Source: a virus
Taxonomy: Duplodnaviria > Caudoviricetes
Virus record (IMG/VR): IMGVR_UViG_3300025779_000012
Location: 1-25,185 of that record
DNA: 25,185 nucleotides
Strand: one strand, 5' to 3'
The position numbers were made by a program, and so were the translations under genes. The notes under the pieces were generated by a model, which saw only the letters and a program-made list of their open reading frames with translations, did no database searches and was not told the DNA's origin. Below are positions 6,926 through 16,329 of the stretch, one piece after another; positions within the stretch are counted from its first letter, which is position 1, and each line of letters begins with the position of its first letter.

Positions 6926-9031
6926 ATGGCTATAAATGATGATGGTAATGGTGGCATTTACTCAAGCGAGTATGCAGATGAAGATAATACTGGCATCATT
7001 GATGAAGCCAAAGAATATTTACGTTTCTGCTCTGATGCTGATTCAAACAATAGAGTAGAGGCTTTAGACGATCTAAAGTTTGCTGGTGGCGATCAATGGC
7101 CAGTAGAAATACAAAACTCACGTTTACTTGAATCAAGGCCTTATCTCACTATCAACAAGATTGATGCTTATTGCCGTCAGATAGAAAACCAACAAAGACA
7201 ACAACGCCCACGCATGAAAGCGCATGGCATGAATGATGAATCAGACGAAAAGATTGCTGACATTATTACAGGTATATGCCGACACATTGAAAATCAATCT
7301 GATGCTGATTCTGCTTACGATCATGCTTTTTCTTTTGCAGTCAGAATGGGTTGGGGTTATTGGCGAGTAGTACATGATTATCCAAGACCTGATAGCTTTG
7401 ACCAAGAAATTTACATTAAGCGTATTGAAAACGCTTTCATGGTTTACTTTGACCCTAACTCTAATGAGCCTGATGGGTCTGATGCTGAGAAGTGTCTAGT
7501 TACTGAAGTAATTAGTAAAGAATCATTCCGTAAAATGTACCCTGGTGCTGATGATGGTGGTGGCTTTACCCCTCGTGGTACTGGTGACAGTCAATCAGAA
7601 TGGATCACTAAAGAAGATATACGTATCGCTGAGTATTTCTATACTGAATATACTAAAAGCAAACTATTACTGTTATCAGATGGTACAACTTGTTACAAAG
7701 ACGAAAAGCCTAAAGAAACTATCTTACAAGATGCAGGAATCTACGTAGTTTCAGAACGTGAAACAGTTAGAAAGCAAATTAAATGGGTCAAACTAACAGG
7801 TATGCAAATACTTGAACAACGTGATTGGCCAGGCAGACATATTCCAATCGTGCCAGTTTATGGGCAACAGTTAATTGTAGACAGTAAGAAGAAACGCTTT
7901 GGCTTAACACGAATGGCTAAAGACCCACAACGTATGTATAACTTTTGGTCAACAGCTCTGACTGAATCAGTCGCACTAGCACCTAAAGCTAAATACTTAC
8001 TTGCAGAAGGTCAAGATGAAGGCCACGAGATGGAGTGGAATTTAGCTAACGTAAAATCTATGCCTGTCTTACGCTATAAACAGACTGATTCTGAAGGCAG
8101 AATGGCACCAGTTCCTACAAGGATTCAACCAGAACCACCACCAGCAGGCATGGTAACGGCTTTACAAGGTTTAAATTCTGACTTGATGGCAGTTATAGGG
8201 ATATATGACCCTAGTAATCTACCGAACGGCAATCAATCAGGCAAAGCTCTGAATGGTATGCAACAACAGACCGATATGACTAACTTTCACTACTATGACA
8301 ATTTGACTAGATCAATTCGTCAAACAGGTAGAATCATCTTAGATTTAATCCCTCACATTTACGATAAACAACGCATTATGCGTATTATTGGTGCTGATGG
8401 TAAAGGCGAGCTTGTTACAATCAATGAACAAGGTCAAGATGAGCAAGGTGTTGATAAAGTATTAAATGATGTAACAGTAGGTCAATACGATATTGTGATG
8501 GAAACTGGACCAGGCTATTCATCTAAACGCCAAGAAGCTGTTGATAGCATGATGAGTTTATTACAAGCTGATCCTGGTCTAATGCAACAAGCTGGTGATT
8601 TGATATTCCGTAATATGGACTTCCCTGGTGCTGATATTGTTGCAGATCGTTTAGCAGCCGCTAATCCACTAGCGCAGATTGATGAGAAGTCTAATATTCC
8701 ACCACAAGTACAAATGCAATTAGCGCAATCACAACAAACTATCCAACAGTTACAGCAACAAATACAGCAAATGACTATGGATATTCAATACGGTGCTAGT
8801 GTTAAAGAGCAACAAGATAAAGCTATGCTACAGAAAGCACAAATGGAAATTGCTGCTAAAGTACACGATACTCAAATGCGTACAGACACTACAGCGCACG
8901 ATACAATTATTAAAACAGAAACACAAAAAGAAATTGAAACAATGAAAGCACAACTAGCCCTCTTACTTGCACAGATAGATGTAAGAGGTTTACATGAAGC
9001 AGAAGCCGAAGCAGTAGAGAGGGGTATTTAA
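6926..9031 (+). CDS. P22-like portal protein
   Basis: 701 aa directly after terL; DDLKFAGGDQW, RPYLTINKI, G.GYWRV, KDPQRMYN motifs; Gln-rich C-terminal coiled-coil barrel. Confidence 0.92.
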   Translation: MAINDDGNGGIYSSEYADEDNTGIIDEAKEYLRFCSDADSNNRVEALDDLKFAGGDQWPVEIQNSRLLESRPYLTINKIDAYCRQIENQQRQQRPRMKAHGMNDESDEKIADIITGICRHIENQSDADSAYDHAFSFAVRMGWGYWRVVHDYPRPDSFDQEIYIKRIENAFMVYFDPNSNEPDGSDAEKCLVTEVISKESFRKMYPGADDGGGFTPRGTGDSQSEWITKEDIRIAEYFYTEYTKSKLLLLSDGTTCYKDEKPKETILQDAGIYVVSERETVRKQIKWVKLTGMQILEQRDWPGRHIPIVPVYGQQLIVDSKKKRFGLTRMAKDPQRMYNFWSTALTESVALAPKAKYLLAEGQDEGHEMEWNLANVKSMPVLRYKQTDSEGRMAPVPTRIQPEPPPAGMVTALQGLNSDLMAVIGIYDPSNLPNGNQSGKALNGMQQQTDMTNFHYYDNLTRSIRQTGRIILDLIPHIYDKQRIMRIIGADGKGELVTINEQGQDEQGVDKVLNDVTVGQYDIVMETGPGYSSKRQEAVDSMMSLLQADPGLMQQAGDLIFRNMDFPGADIVADRLAAANPLAQIDEKSNIPPQVQMQLAQSQQTIQQLQQQIQQMTMDIQYGASVKEQQDKAMLQKAQMEIAAKVHDTQMRTDTTAHDTIIKTETQKEIETMKAQLALLLAQIDVRGLHEAEAEAVERGI

Positions 9032-9032
9032 A

Positions 9033-9476
9033 ATGGCTAGAGAAATAGTTACATCTGGTAATCGTCAAGAGTATATGGAAAATAAACTAAGTGGCGAACC
9101 TAAAGAAGAAGATAAAATTGTTGCAACTATGCCTACAGTATCTAAGAAATCAATAGATATTGGTGAGGGCAGATATGTACATAAGCATGGTCGTGATACT
9201 AATGGTAATCATTCTGTATGGGTTTCACAAGGCGCAGGTACACCTCAAAAAATTCAATCAGTACAAAACTTACCTACAGTACATAGTACAAGACCTGAGC
9301 TTACTCAAGCAGGTGTTGATGAAATACATAATTATGCTGACAAATTTTTTAAGAAATCTAAAGACGATCAATTTGATAGAGTTAAAAATCACCCTAAATA
9401 TGAAAAACTTAAAACTGCACTTGGTAAAAAAGGTGCTACTGATGCACTTTTAAAAGAATTGAATGATGCTCAATAA
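9033..9476 (+). CDS. Hypothetical protein with scaffold-like N-terminal motif (candidate internal head protein)
   Basis: Starts 2 nt after the portal stop; N-terminus IVTSGNRQEYMENKL resembles the scaffold N-terminus. Confidence 0.7.
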   Translation: MAREIVTSGNRQEYMENKLSGEPKEEDKIVATMPTVSKKSIDIGEGRYVHKHGRDTNGNHSVWVSQGAGTPQKIQSVQNLPTVHSTRPELTQAGVDEIHNYADKFFKKSKDDQFDRVKNHPKYEKLKTALGKKGATDALLKELNDAQ

Positions 9477-9502
9477 TTAAACATAACTAATCGGAGAATA
9501 TT

Positions 9503-9691
9503 ATGGCAGTTGTAACTAGCAATAACATAGCAGAATGGAAAGCAAACGAGATGGCAAGACGTAATGGTCAGCCAGCACCTAAGAAAGCTAACCCTTATGC
9601 TGATTTAAGTCGTGATGAGTTAAAAGCTCATAAAGCACAGATTAAAGAAGTGTTAAAAGAAACTAAAGTAGCAAAAGCACCAAAAGAATAA
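9503..9691 (+). CDS. Small basic protein with scaffold-like motifs
   Basis: GGAG RBS; VVTSNNIAEWKANEMARR. Confidence 0.7.
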   Translation: MAVVTSNNIAEWKANEMARRNGQPAPKKANPYADLSRDELKAHKAQIKEVLKETKVAKAPKE

Positions 9692-9722
9692 TTGACACAC
9701 AATTTTAAATAGTTTATATAGT
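9692..9722 (+). promoter_or_regulatory. Probable sigma70-type promoter upstream of scaffold and coat
   Basis: TTGACA at 9692-9697; TATATA at 17 bp spacing (9715-9720) or TATAGT at 9717-9722; AGGAG RBS at 9731. Confidence 0.5.
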
Positions 9723-9746
9723 AATTTCATAGGAGCTTGAGCAATC

Positions 9747-10652
9747 ATGGCCGAGAAAGAAGCAAGTAATGTAATAACAAGCGATACAGCGCACACCTTT
9801 TATGCAGAAAGATTAGGTTTAGCTGATGAGCCAATAGATGTTGAGTTTGAAACTGTAAAGAAAGAATCAGACAAAACTAAAGGCAACAAGCAGAGTGAAC
9901 CCGAAGCAGAGGAAGAAGCTAATACGGAACAGACTACTGAGAAGCGGTCAGAGAAGCTGAATAAAAGATTTGATAAAGTAACGCAACGAGCTAAAGAAGC
10001 AGAAGCTCGTAGTGTTGAATTAGAGAATCGTCTTAAAGAGTATGAAGCAAGGGCTGTACCACAACAAGAACCTGTAAGGGCAATAGTTGAGGGTAAGCCA
10101 CAAGCAAGCCAGTTTAATGATCCTTTTGAATATGCAGAAGCATTAGCTGAATGGAGTGCTGAAAATGCTTTGAAGCAAAGAGATGCAGAAGAAGTACAGC
10201 GTAAAGCTATGAAAGCTCAAGATAAGGTTTTAAATAACTGGAATGAGAAGATTGCTAAAGCTAAGACTTCAATGCCTGATTTTGATAAAATGGTGCAATC
10301 AAGTACAACAGTTGTTAGCAACGAAATACGAGATAGCATTTTAGAAAGTGATGTAGGGCCTCAACTCTTATATCATTTAGCATCAAATGAAAACTTTGCA
10401 CAGAAACTAACAGAAATGCCGTTAGTGAAAGCTCTAAGAGAAATAGGCAAACTGGAAGCACGATTTGAGCAAGAGGATAAACCGAAAGCTAAAGTTGCTA
10501 AAGAATCTGTTTCAAGAAGTACAGCACCTAGTCCTATTAGGCCGTTAAATGGTGGCAAGATTGGTAATGATGTATTGATTGACACTAATGGTGAATTTCA
10601 AGGCTCATATGCTCAATGGAAAGCCGCACGAATGGCGAATAAGATTAGATAA
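9747..10652 (+). CDS. Capsid scaffolding protein
   Basis: Between portal and coat; acidic N-terminus, long charged helices, GPQLLYHLA..., REIGKLEA, Pro-rich APSPIRP and a basic C-terminal helix. Confidence 0.85.
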   Translation: MAEKEASNVITSDTAHTFYAERLGLADEPIDVEFETVKKESDKTKGNKQSEPEAEEEANTEQTTEKRSEKLNKRFDKVTQRAKEAEARSVELENRLKEYEARAVPQQEPVRAIVEGKPQASQFNDPFEYAEALAEWSAENALKQRDAEEVQRKAMKAQDKVLNNWNEKIAKAKTSMPDFDKMVQSSTTVVSNEIRDSILESDVGPQLLYHLASNENFAQKLTEMPLVKALREIGKLEARFEQEDKPKAKVAKESVSRSTAPSPIRPLNGGKIGNDVLIDTNGEFQGSYAQWKAARMANKIR

Positions 10653-10676
10653 ACCTAATTTTTTTGGAGAAATATA

Positions 10677-11951
10677 ATGGCTAATACTTTATTAACCATC
10701 TCAAAGATCACTAACGAAGCTTTAATGGTCTTAGAGAATGAATTAACATTTACAAGCGAAGTAGATCGTAACTATGACGATCAGTTTGCAGTTGTTGGCG
10801 CTAAAATTGGTGCTACAGTAAACGTCCGCCGTCCAGGTCGTTTCATTGGTACTACTGGCCCAGCTTTGAACGTAGAGGACTTGAACGAAACTTCAGTACC
10901 TGTAACGCTTTCAACTCAGTTCCACGTAGATACACAATTTACAACACAAGACTTAGCTCTTTCACTAGATATGTTCTCTGATCGTATCTTGAAGCCAGCA
11001 GTCGCAGCTATTGCCAACAAGATTGACTATGACGGTACAACAACTGCTGCATTAAATACAGCAAATATTGTTGGTACTGCTGGTACACCACCAACAGGCT
11101 TGTATACTTGGTTAAATGCTCAAGCATATCTTGACTCTGAAGGCGCACCTCGTGATGGCCGTCGTTCAGCAATCATCGAGCCATTCACATCAGCTGCTAC
11201 TGTTGACAGCTTGAAAGGTTTGTTCGTTCCTACAGAACAAATCTCAAGCCAATACACTAAAGGCTTAATGGGTCGTGATTCAGGCGGTATGAACTGGAAG
11301 TTAGATCAAAACATTGTATCTCAAACTTTTGGTAACTTCTCATCATCTACAGTAACAGCTTCAGTAGCTACAACGACTGCAACTGGCTTCTTAACTTCAG
11401 GTTGGGCTTCTACATCAACTATTTCATTGACTGCTGCTAATACAGGTACAATCAATCTAAATGCTGGTGATACATTCCAAATTGCTGGTGTTTATGCAGT
11501 CAATCCGCAAAATCGTCAAGCTTACGGCACAAACAAATTACGTTCATTCGTAGTTAAATCTGCTGTATCAGTAGCTTCAGGTGCTAGCGTTTCAGTAACT
11601 GTTTCACCTGCTGTAATTACTGCTGGTCAGTTCCAAAACGTATCTGTACCTACTCCTGCTGCTTCTGCTGCTGTAACATTCTTTGCTTCACAATACAATG
11701 CAAGTGGTAGTGGTATCGTTTCACCACAAAATATTGTTATGCACCGTAATGCGTTCACAATTGCTATGGCTGACTTAGAATTGCCAGAGGGTGTTCACTT
11801 TGCAGGTCGTGCTTCTGATAAAGAAATCGGCTTATCAATGCGTGTTGTTCGTCAATACACTATTAATAACGATTCTATCCCTACTCGTGTTGATGTCTTA
11901 TACGGTTGGGCGCCTCTTTATCCTGAATTAGCTTGCCGTGTAGCAGCTTAA
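10677..11951 (+). CDS. Major capsid protein (P22 coat-like)
   Basis: MANTLLT..KIT.EAL..LEN.L, KIGATVNVRRP, insertion domain with GDTFQIAGVYAVNP, C-terminal RVDVLYGWAPLYPELACRV; strong codon bias. Confidence 0.93.
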   Translation: MANTLLTISKITNEALMVLENELTFTSEVDRNYDDQFAVVGAKIGATVNVRRPGRFIGTTGPALNVEDLNETSVPVTLSTQFHVDTQFTTQDLALSLDMFSDRILKPAVAAIANKIDYDGTTTAALNTANIVGTAGTPPTGLYTWLNAQAYLDSEGAPRDGRRSAIIEPFTSAATVDSLKGLFVPTEQISSQYTKGLMGRDSGGMNWKLDQNIVSQTFGNFSSSTVTASVATTTATGFLTSGWASTSTISLTAANTGTINLNAGDTFQIAGVYAVNPQNRQAYGTNKLRSFVVKSAVSVASGASVSVTVSPAVITAGQFQNVSVPTPAASAAVTFFASQYNASGSGIVSPQNIVMHRNAFTIAMADLELPEGVHFAGRASDKEIGLSMRVVRQYTINNDSIPTRVDVLYGWAPLYPELACRVAA

Positions 11952-11974
11952 CTTAAACGATAAAGGAAAATATC

Positions 11975-12415
11975 ATGGCAAATCCAGGACCAGCAGTAAC
12001 CACCTCAGCTCACCCAAGTAATGTAACAACTAATCAGACACAACGATTATTGGGTGTACTTAAAGGTGTAAACGTAAATGCAGCATCTGGGAGTTTCTTC
12101 CCTTTGCCTATCATTAACTCTACAACTTACCAACCTAACTTATTAGTAGTTACTAACTCTAATAACGCAGGTGCAGCTACAGGTACTTTAACTAGCTTAG
12201 TATTAGGTATTACTACAACAAATAGCGGTACACCAACTTCATTGTTTGGTGCTATTACTGCTTCACAATTAGCTACAGTTCTTGGTGTGAGCCAAGTGGC
12301 AGCTTCTGCGGTAGTAACTGCTTATAACCAAGCAGCGTTATTCGTCAATATTGCAACTACTACTGCGGTAGTAGGTACTGTTGATGTTTACGTGTACGGC
12401 TACGACTTTAGTTAA
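11975..12415 (+). CDS. Putative capsid decoration/cement protein
   Basis: Follows the coat gene and precedes the terminator; beta-rich, ends in VDVYVYGYDFS. Confidence 0.55.
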   Translation: MANPGPAVTTSAHPSNVTTNQTQRLLGVLKGVNVNAASGSFFPLPIINSTTYQPNLLVVTNSNNAGAATGTLTSLVLGITTTNSGTPTSLFGAITASQLATVLGVSQVAASAVVTAYNQAALFVNIATTTAVVGTVDVYVYGYDFS

Positions 12416-12432
12416 TACTAAGTAATGCAAAG

Positions 12433-12466
12433 AAAAAAGACATACTCAAAAGGTGTGTCTTTTTTT
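12433..12466 (+). terminator. Intrinsic terminator, possibly bidirectional
   Basis: AAAAA-AGACATAC-tcaaaag-GTGTGTCT-TTTTTT: 8-bp stem with one G-U pair, A-tract before and T-tract after. Confidence 0.8.
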
Positions 12467-12510
12467 ATTTAATCATCTATAATTGAAGTACCTTATTAAA
12501 GGAAATTATC

Positions 12511-12831
12511 ATGTCATCTACCACTATTGCTCGAGGTAATGCTCTAAACGTTACTTATCTATCTTTGTCATTAACACCATCTGCTGTATCAGGCACATCA
12601 TCTAACCAAACATTTACTGTTCCAGGTCTTACTGTAGATCAAGAATTATTTGTTATTGGTTATACTGGCACTCAAACTGCTGGTATTGCTTATGCAGAAG
12701 CTGATGTAACGGCTGCAAATACATTGCAAATTCAATTTATTAATACTTCAGGCTCTAGCGCAACTCCAGCTTCAGGAAGCTATGTTGTTGCTGTAATTCG
12801 CCCAGAGGGTCAATTGCCAACAGGTATATAA
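12511..12831 (+). CDS. Putative virion structural protein
   Basis: AAGGA RBS; Thr/Ser-rich beta-sandwich-like sequence within the structural operon. Confidence 0.6.
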   Translation: MSSTTIARGNALNVTYLSLSLTPSAVSGTSSNQTFTVPGLTVDQELFVIGYTGTQTAGIAYAEADVTAANTLQIQFINTSGSSATPASGSYVVAVIRPEGQLPTGI

Positions 12832-12841
12832 AGGAAAAATC

Positions 12842-13180
12842 ATGGCCTATAACTCACCGTTTACCCCATTTGGTTCAACTTATTTAGTGGGAAATGCGGC
12901 TGCGGTTCAAGTTAAAACATCTAACAATGTGTATCCTTCAAGTTATCGCATTGTTAATGTTACTTCTAGCTTGATTCGTGTGTCATGGCAACCGCCAGAG
13001 CCTAATGATTTAGCAGTTACTGTTACTGTAACAGCACCAGCTTTGACAGTTCCACAAGCCAATACATTGTCTATTCCTGCTAATGGAGTAGCTGTGATTG
13101 GTGGCATTCCACCTAATGCGTGGTTCTTATCTAGTGCAGCATCTAGTGTAGAAATCACACCAGGCGAAGGACTAAACTAA
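12842..13180 (+). CDS. Putative virion structural protein
   Basis: AAGGA RBS; beta-rich, ends VEITPGEGLN; coupled to the next gene. Confidence 0.6.
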   Translation: MAYNSPFTPFGSTYLVGNAAAVQVKTSNNVYPSSYRIVNVTSSLIRVSWQPPEPNDLAVTVTVTAPALTVPQANTLSIPANGVAVIGGIPPNAWFLSSAASSVEITPGEGLN

Positions 13181-13722
13181 TGGCTAACTCTAATCAAGTT
13201 GCAAGTACATCAACTCAAAATATTGTACCTGTTCAAGCAGCATTTAATACTGCTGGTGCTTGTTTAGGATTAGTTGGCCCTGGTGGCGTTTACTTTTCAC
13301 CACCTTTAATTGGTGATGTAATTACAGGTGCAACGATTGATAGTTCTGTAATTGGTGGTACAACACCATCAACAGGTAACTTTACTTCACTTAGTTTAGG
13401 TGGGAAAGTTATTGCATCTAATGTTGCACCTGCTATTGCTAGTGGTTTTGGTACAACGCCTACTATTACAGGCACTAATACTTTTGGTTTTAAAATAGTA
13501 GTAGGTACTGGTGGTGCTGCTAATGGTGTTATTACATTACCTGCTGCACCTACAGGTTGGGTAGTAACTGGATATGACACAACTAACTCTGCAACCATAT
13601 TTATTCAACAATCAGCGTACACTACAACAAGTGCAACGATAGTTGGATATAGTATGACTACAGGTTTAGCTGCTAACTTTAGTGCTGGTGATGTTTTAAT
13701 ACTTACTGCTTCACCTTTTTAA
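13180..13722 (+). CDS. Short fibre/spike protein
   Basis: N-terminal ~70 aa paralogous to the long fibre N-terminus; Gly/Thr-rich. Confidence 0.55.
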   Translation: MANSNQVASTSTQNIVPVQAAFNTAGACLGLVGPGGVYFSPPLIGDVITGATIDSSVIGGTTPSTGNFTSLSLGGKVIASNVAPAIASGFGTTPTITGTNTFGFKIVVGTGGAANGVITLPAAPTGWVVTGYDTTNSATIFIQQSAYTTTSATIVGYSMTTGLAANFSAGDVLILTASPF

Positions 13723-13731
13723 AGGAATATT

Positions 13732-16314
13732 ATGGCTGGCCCAAGTTCAACCGTAGACCAGAATCTACTGCCAGTACAGGCATATTTTGATGTCTATGGA
13801 AACTTTCAGACATTTATAGGTCAAGGTCAGTCATTCTTTGCTACATTTAATCCTAATCAATCAGGGTTACATATTACTAATAGCACGATTGATAGTACGA
13901 CAATTGGTGCTACAACAGCTTCTACAGGTGTATTTACTAACGTATCAGGTACTACAGGTCAAATTAGCACAACACCTAGCGTTAATATTGATATAGCTAA
14001 TAAATTCTATGTTGATACAGTTGCTCAAGGCTTAGGTCCTAAAGCTGCTTGCCAAGTTGCTACAACAGTTAATTTAGCTAGTTTGTCAGGTCTATTATTA
14101 ATTGATACTTATCAAACAGTAGCTGGTGATCGTGTATTAGTTAAAAATCAAGGTTCAAGTCAATTTAACGGCATATATATAGCTTCTACGACTGCATGGA
14201 ATAGAGCCGTTGATATGGACATATGGGCAGAAGTGCCTGGTGCTTATACAGTAGTTTTAAATGGCTCTCAGTTAGATACTGGTTGGGTATGTACAGCAAC
14301 TTCAACTGGTACTATTAATGTTACTGCTATGCCTTGGGTTCAATTTTCTAATGCTAATACTTATTTTGCAGGCACTGGATTAACTTTACTTTCAAATACT
14401 TTTAGTATTACGCCAGTAGGTACAGCAGGCACTTATGGTTCAGCAAGTGCAGTACCAGTATTTATTACTAATGCTAGTGGTCAAGTAACAGGTGTAACTA
14501 ATACTTCTATTGCGATTGCTAATACTGCGGTTAGTGGCTTAGGTACAATGAGTACACAAAACGCAAATAATGTAGCTATCACAGGTGGCACAATTAATAC
14601 TGCTACAATAGGTCAATCTACAGCAGGTTTAATTACAGGCACTACAATAACTGCTAATACTCAATTTACAGGCGCAGGTACAGGCTTAACAGGTACAGCA
14701 ACATCATTAAACATTGGCGGTAATGCAGCCACAGCTACAAGTGCTACAAGTGCAGGCTCAGTTACTAATAGTGCTACATTTAATAGCGGTGGCGCAGGTG
14801 GTGCTTCACCAATCACTTTTAATGGATCAGTTGCACAAACTATCTCATATAATACAATAGGCGCTCCTAGCGTTACAGGTACAAATGCTTCAGGTACTTG
14901 GTCAATAGGTGTAACAGGTAATGCTGGTACAGTAACAAATGGTTTATATTCAAATGGTAGTTATTCACAGCCTACTTGGCTAACTTCTATTTTAGGTTCA
15001 ATAGTAAGTGGTGCTGTAGCAAGTGCTACTTTAGCAACAACAGCTACTAATATTGGTGGTGGGACAACAGGTGCTTTAGCTTACAATACCGCATCTGGTG
15101 CAACTTCATTCTTAACACTTGGTACTACAAATTATGTTTTAACGGCAGGAGCTACTGCACCTCAATATGTTGCTCAATCTACTTTAAGTGTAGGATCATC
15201 TACAACTTCAACTACTGCAACTAATTTAGCAGGTGGTTTAGCTAGTCAAATTGCTTATCAAACAGGCGCAGGTGCTACAAGTTTTATAGGTAATGGTACA
15301 GCAGGGCAGTTTTTACAATCTAATGGTGCTAGTGTTCCTACTTGGGCTACACCTGTTAGTTATGCGACTGTTACTGACGATACAACGACTGCTACGACAC
15401 GTTACCCATTATTTGCTAATCAAACTACAGGCAATCTTTCTACTACTTATACAAGCTCTACTAAGTATCAATACGTACCCTCTACAGGTACATTGACTGC
15501 AACTGTATTTAGTGGAAGTGGTGCAAGTTTAACTTCTATACCTAATGGCGCTTTAACTAACTCAAGCGTAACAATAGGCTCTACTGCTGTATCACTAGGT
15601 GCGACAGTTACTACTTTTGCAGGATTAACTTCTGTAACTTCTACTACTTTTGTAGGCGCATTGACTGGTAATGCTAGTACCGCTACAAGTGCAACAACAG
15701 CAACTAATGCCGTTAATACTGCAATAACTGACGATACAACAACAGCGACTACTTGTTATCCTAATTGGACAACATCTACTACAGGTAATCTGCCACAAAA
15801 AACTTCTTCTACAAAATTAAGTTTTGTGCCAAGTACAGGAGTATTAAGTGCTAATGGTGTAGATTTAACAGGCAATTTAGGTACAGTAACAAGTGTAGCT
15901 GCAATTACTTTAGGTACAACAGGAACTGATCTTAGTTCTACAGTAGCAACAGGAACTACAACACCTGTTATTACTTTACAAGTACCTACGGCTTCTGCAT
16001 CTAATAGAGGAGCTTTAAGTTCTACTGATTGGACAACTTTTAATAATAAAGCACCATCATTTACTTATACTACTAATTATATTCCTTATGGCCAAGGTAC
16101 TACTACACCTAATCAATCGTCAGCATTAAACTATACAGGTACGACTTTATCAGCTCCACAAGTATCTGCTACAAACGGATTATTTGTTAATAGTCAAACA
16201 GTAAGTGTAAACTATGCAATTCCAACAGGCTCTAATGCTATGAGTGTAGGTGCAACTGTAGCAGGGGGTATAACAGTAACAGTACCTTCAGGTTCAAAAT
16301 GGGTTGTATTATAA
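13732..16314 (+). CDS. Long Thr/Ser/Gly-rich fibre protein (860 aa)
   Basis: NKFYVD..AQGL and GDRVLVKNQ....NGIY fibre module, internal repeats, C-terminal ...ITVTVPSGSKWVVL. Confidence 0.8.
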   Translation: MAGPSSTVDQNLLPVQAYFDVYGNFQTFIGQGQSFFATFNPNQSGLHITNSTIDSTTIGATTASTGVFTNVSGTTGQISTTPSVNIDIANKFYVDTVAQGLGPKAACQVATTVNLASLSGLLLIDTYQTVAGDRVLVKNQGSSQFNGIYIASTTAWNRAVDMDIWAEVPGAYTVVLNGSQLDTGWVCTATSTGTINVTAMPWVQFSNANTYFAGTGLTLLSNTFSITPVGTAGTYGSASAVPVFITNASGQVTGVTNTSIAIANTAVSGLGTMSTQNANNVAITGGTINTATIGQSTAGLITGTTITANTQFTGAGTGLTGTATSLNIGGNAATATSATSAGSVTNSATFNSGGAGGASPITFNGSVAQTISYNTIGAPSVTGTNASGTWSIGVTGNAGTVTNGLYSNGSYSQPTWLTSILGSIVSGAVASATLATTATNIGGGTTGALAYNTASGATSFLTLGTTNYVLTAGATAPQYVAQSTLSVGSSTTSTTATNLAGGLASQIAYQTGAGATSFIGNGTAGQFLQSNGASVPTWATPVSYATVTDDTTTATTRYPLFANQTTGNLSTTYTSSTKYQYVPSTGTLTATVFSGSGASLTSIPNGALTNSSVTIGSTAVSLGATVTTFAGLTSVTSTTFVGALTGNASTATSATTATNAVNTAITDDTTTATTCYPNWTTSTTGNLPQKTSSTKLSFVPSTGVLSANGVDLTGNLGTVTSVAAITLGTTGTDLSSTVATGTTTPVITLQVPTASASNRGALSSTDWTTFNNKAPSFTYTTNYIPYGQGTTTPNQSSALNYTGTTLSAPQVSATNGLFVNSQTVSVNYAIPTGSNAMSVGATVAGGITVTVPSGSKWVVL

Positions 16315-16329
16315 ATTTAGGAGATTTAC

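Noticed and set aside
8700-8950. Gln-rich low-complexity end of the portal
   Set aside because: Expected C-terminal coiled-coil barrel of P22-like portals.
10659-10666. T-run between scaffold and coat as a terminator
   Set aside because: No convincing upstream stem; it directly precedes the GGAG RBS of the coat gene.
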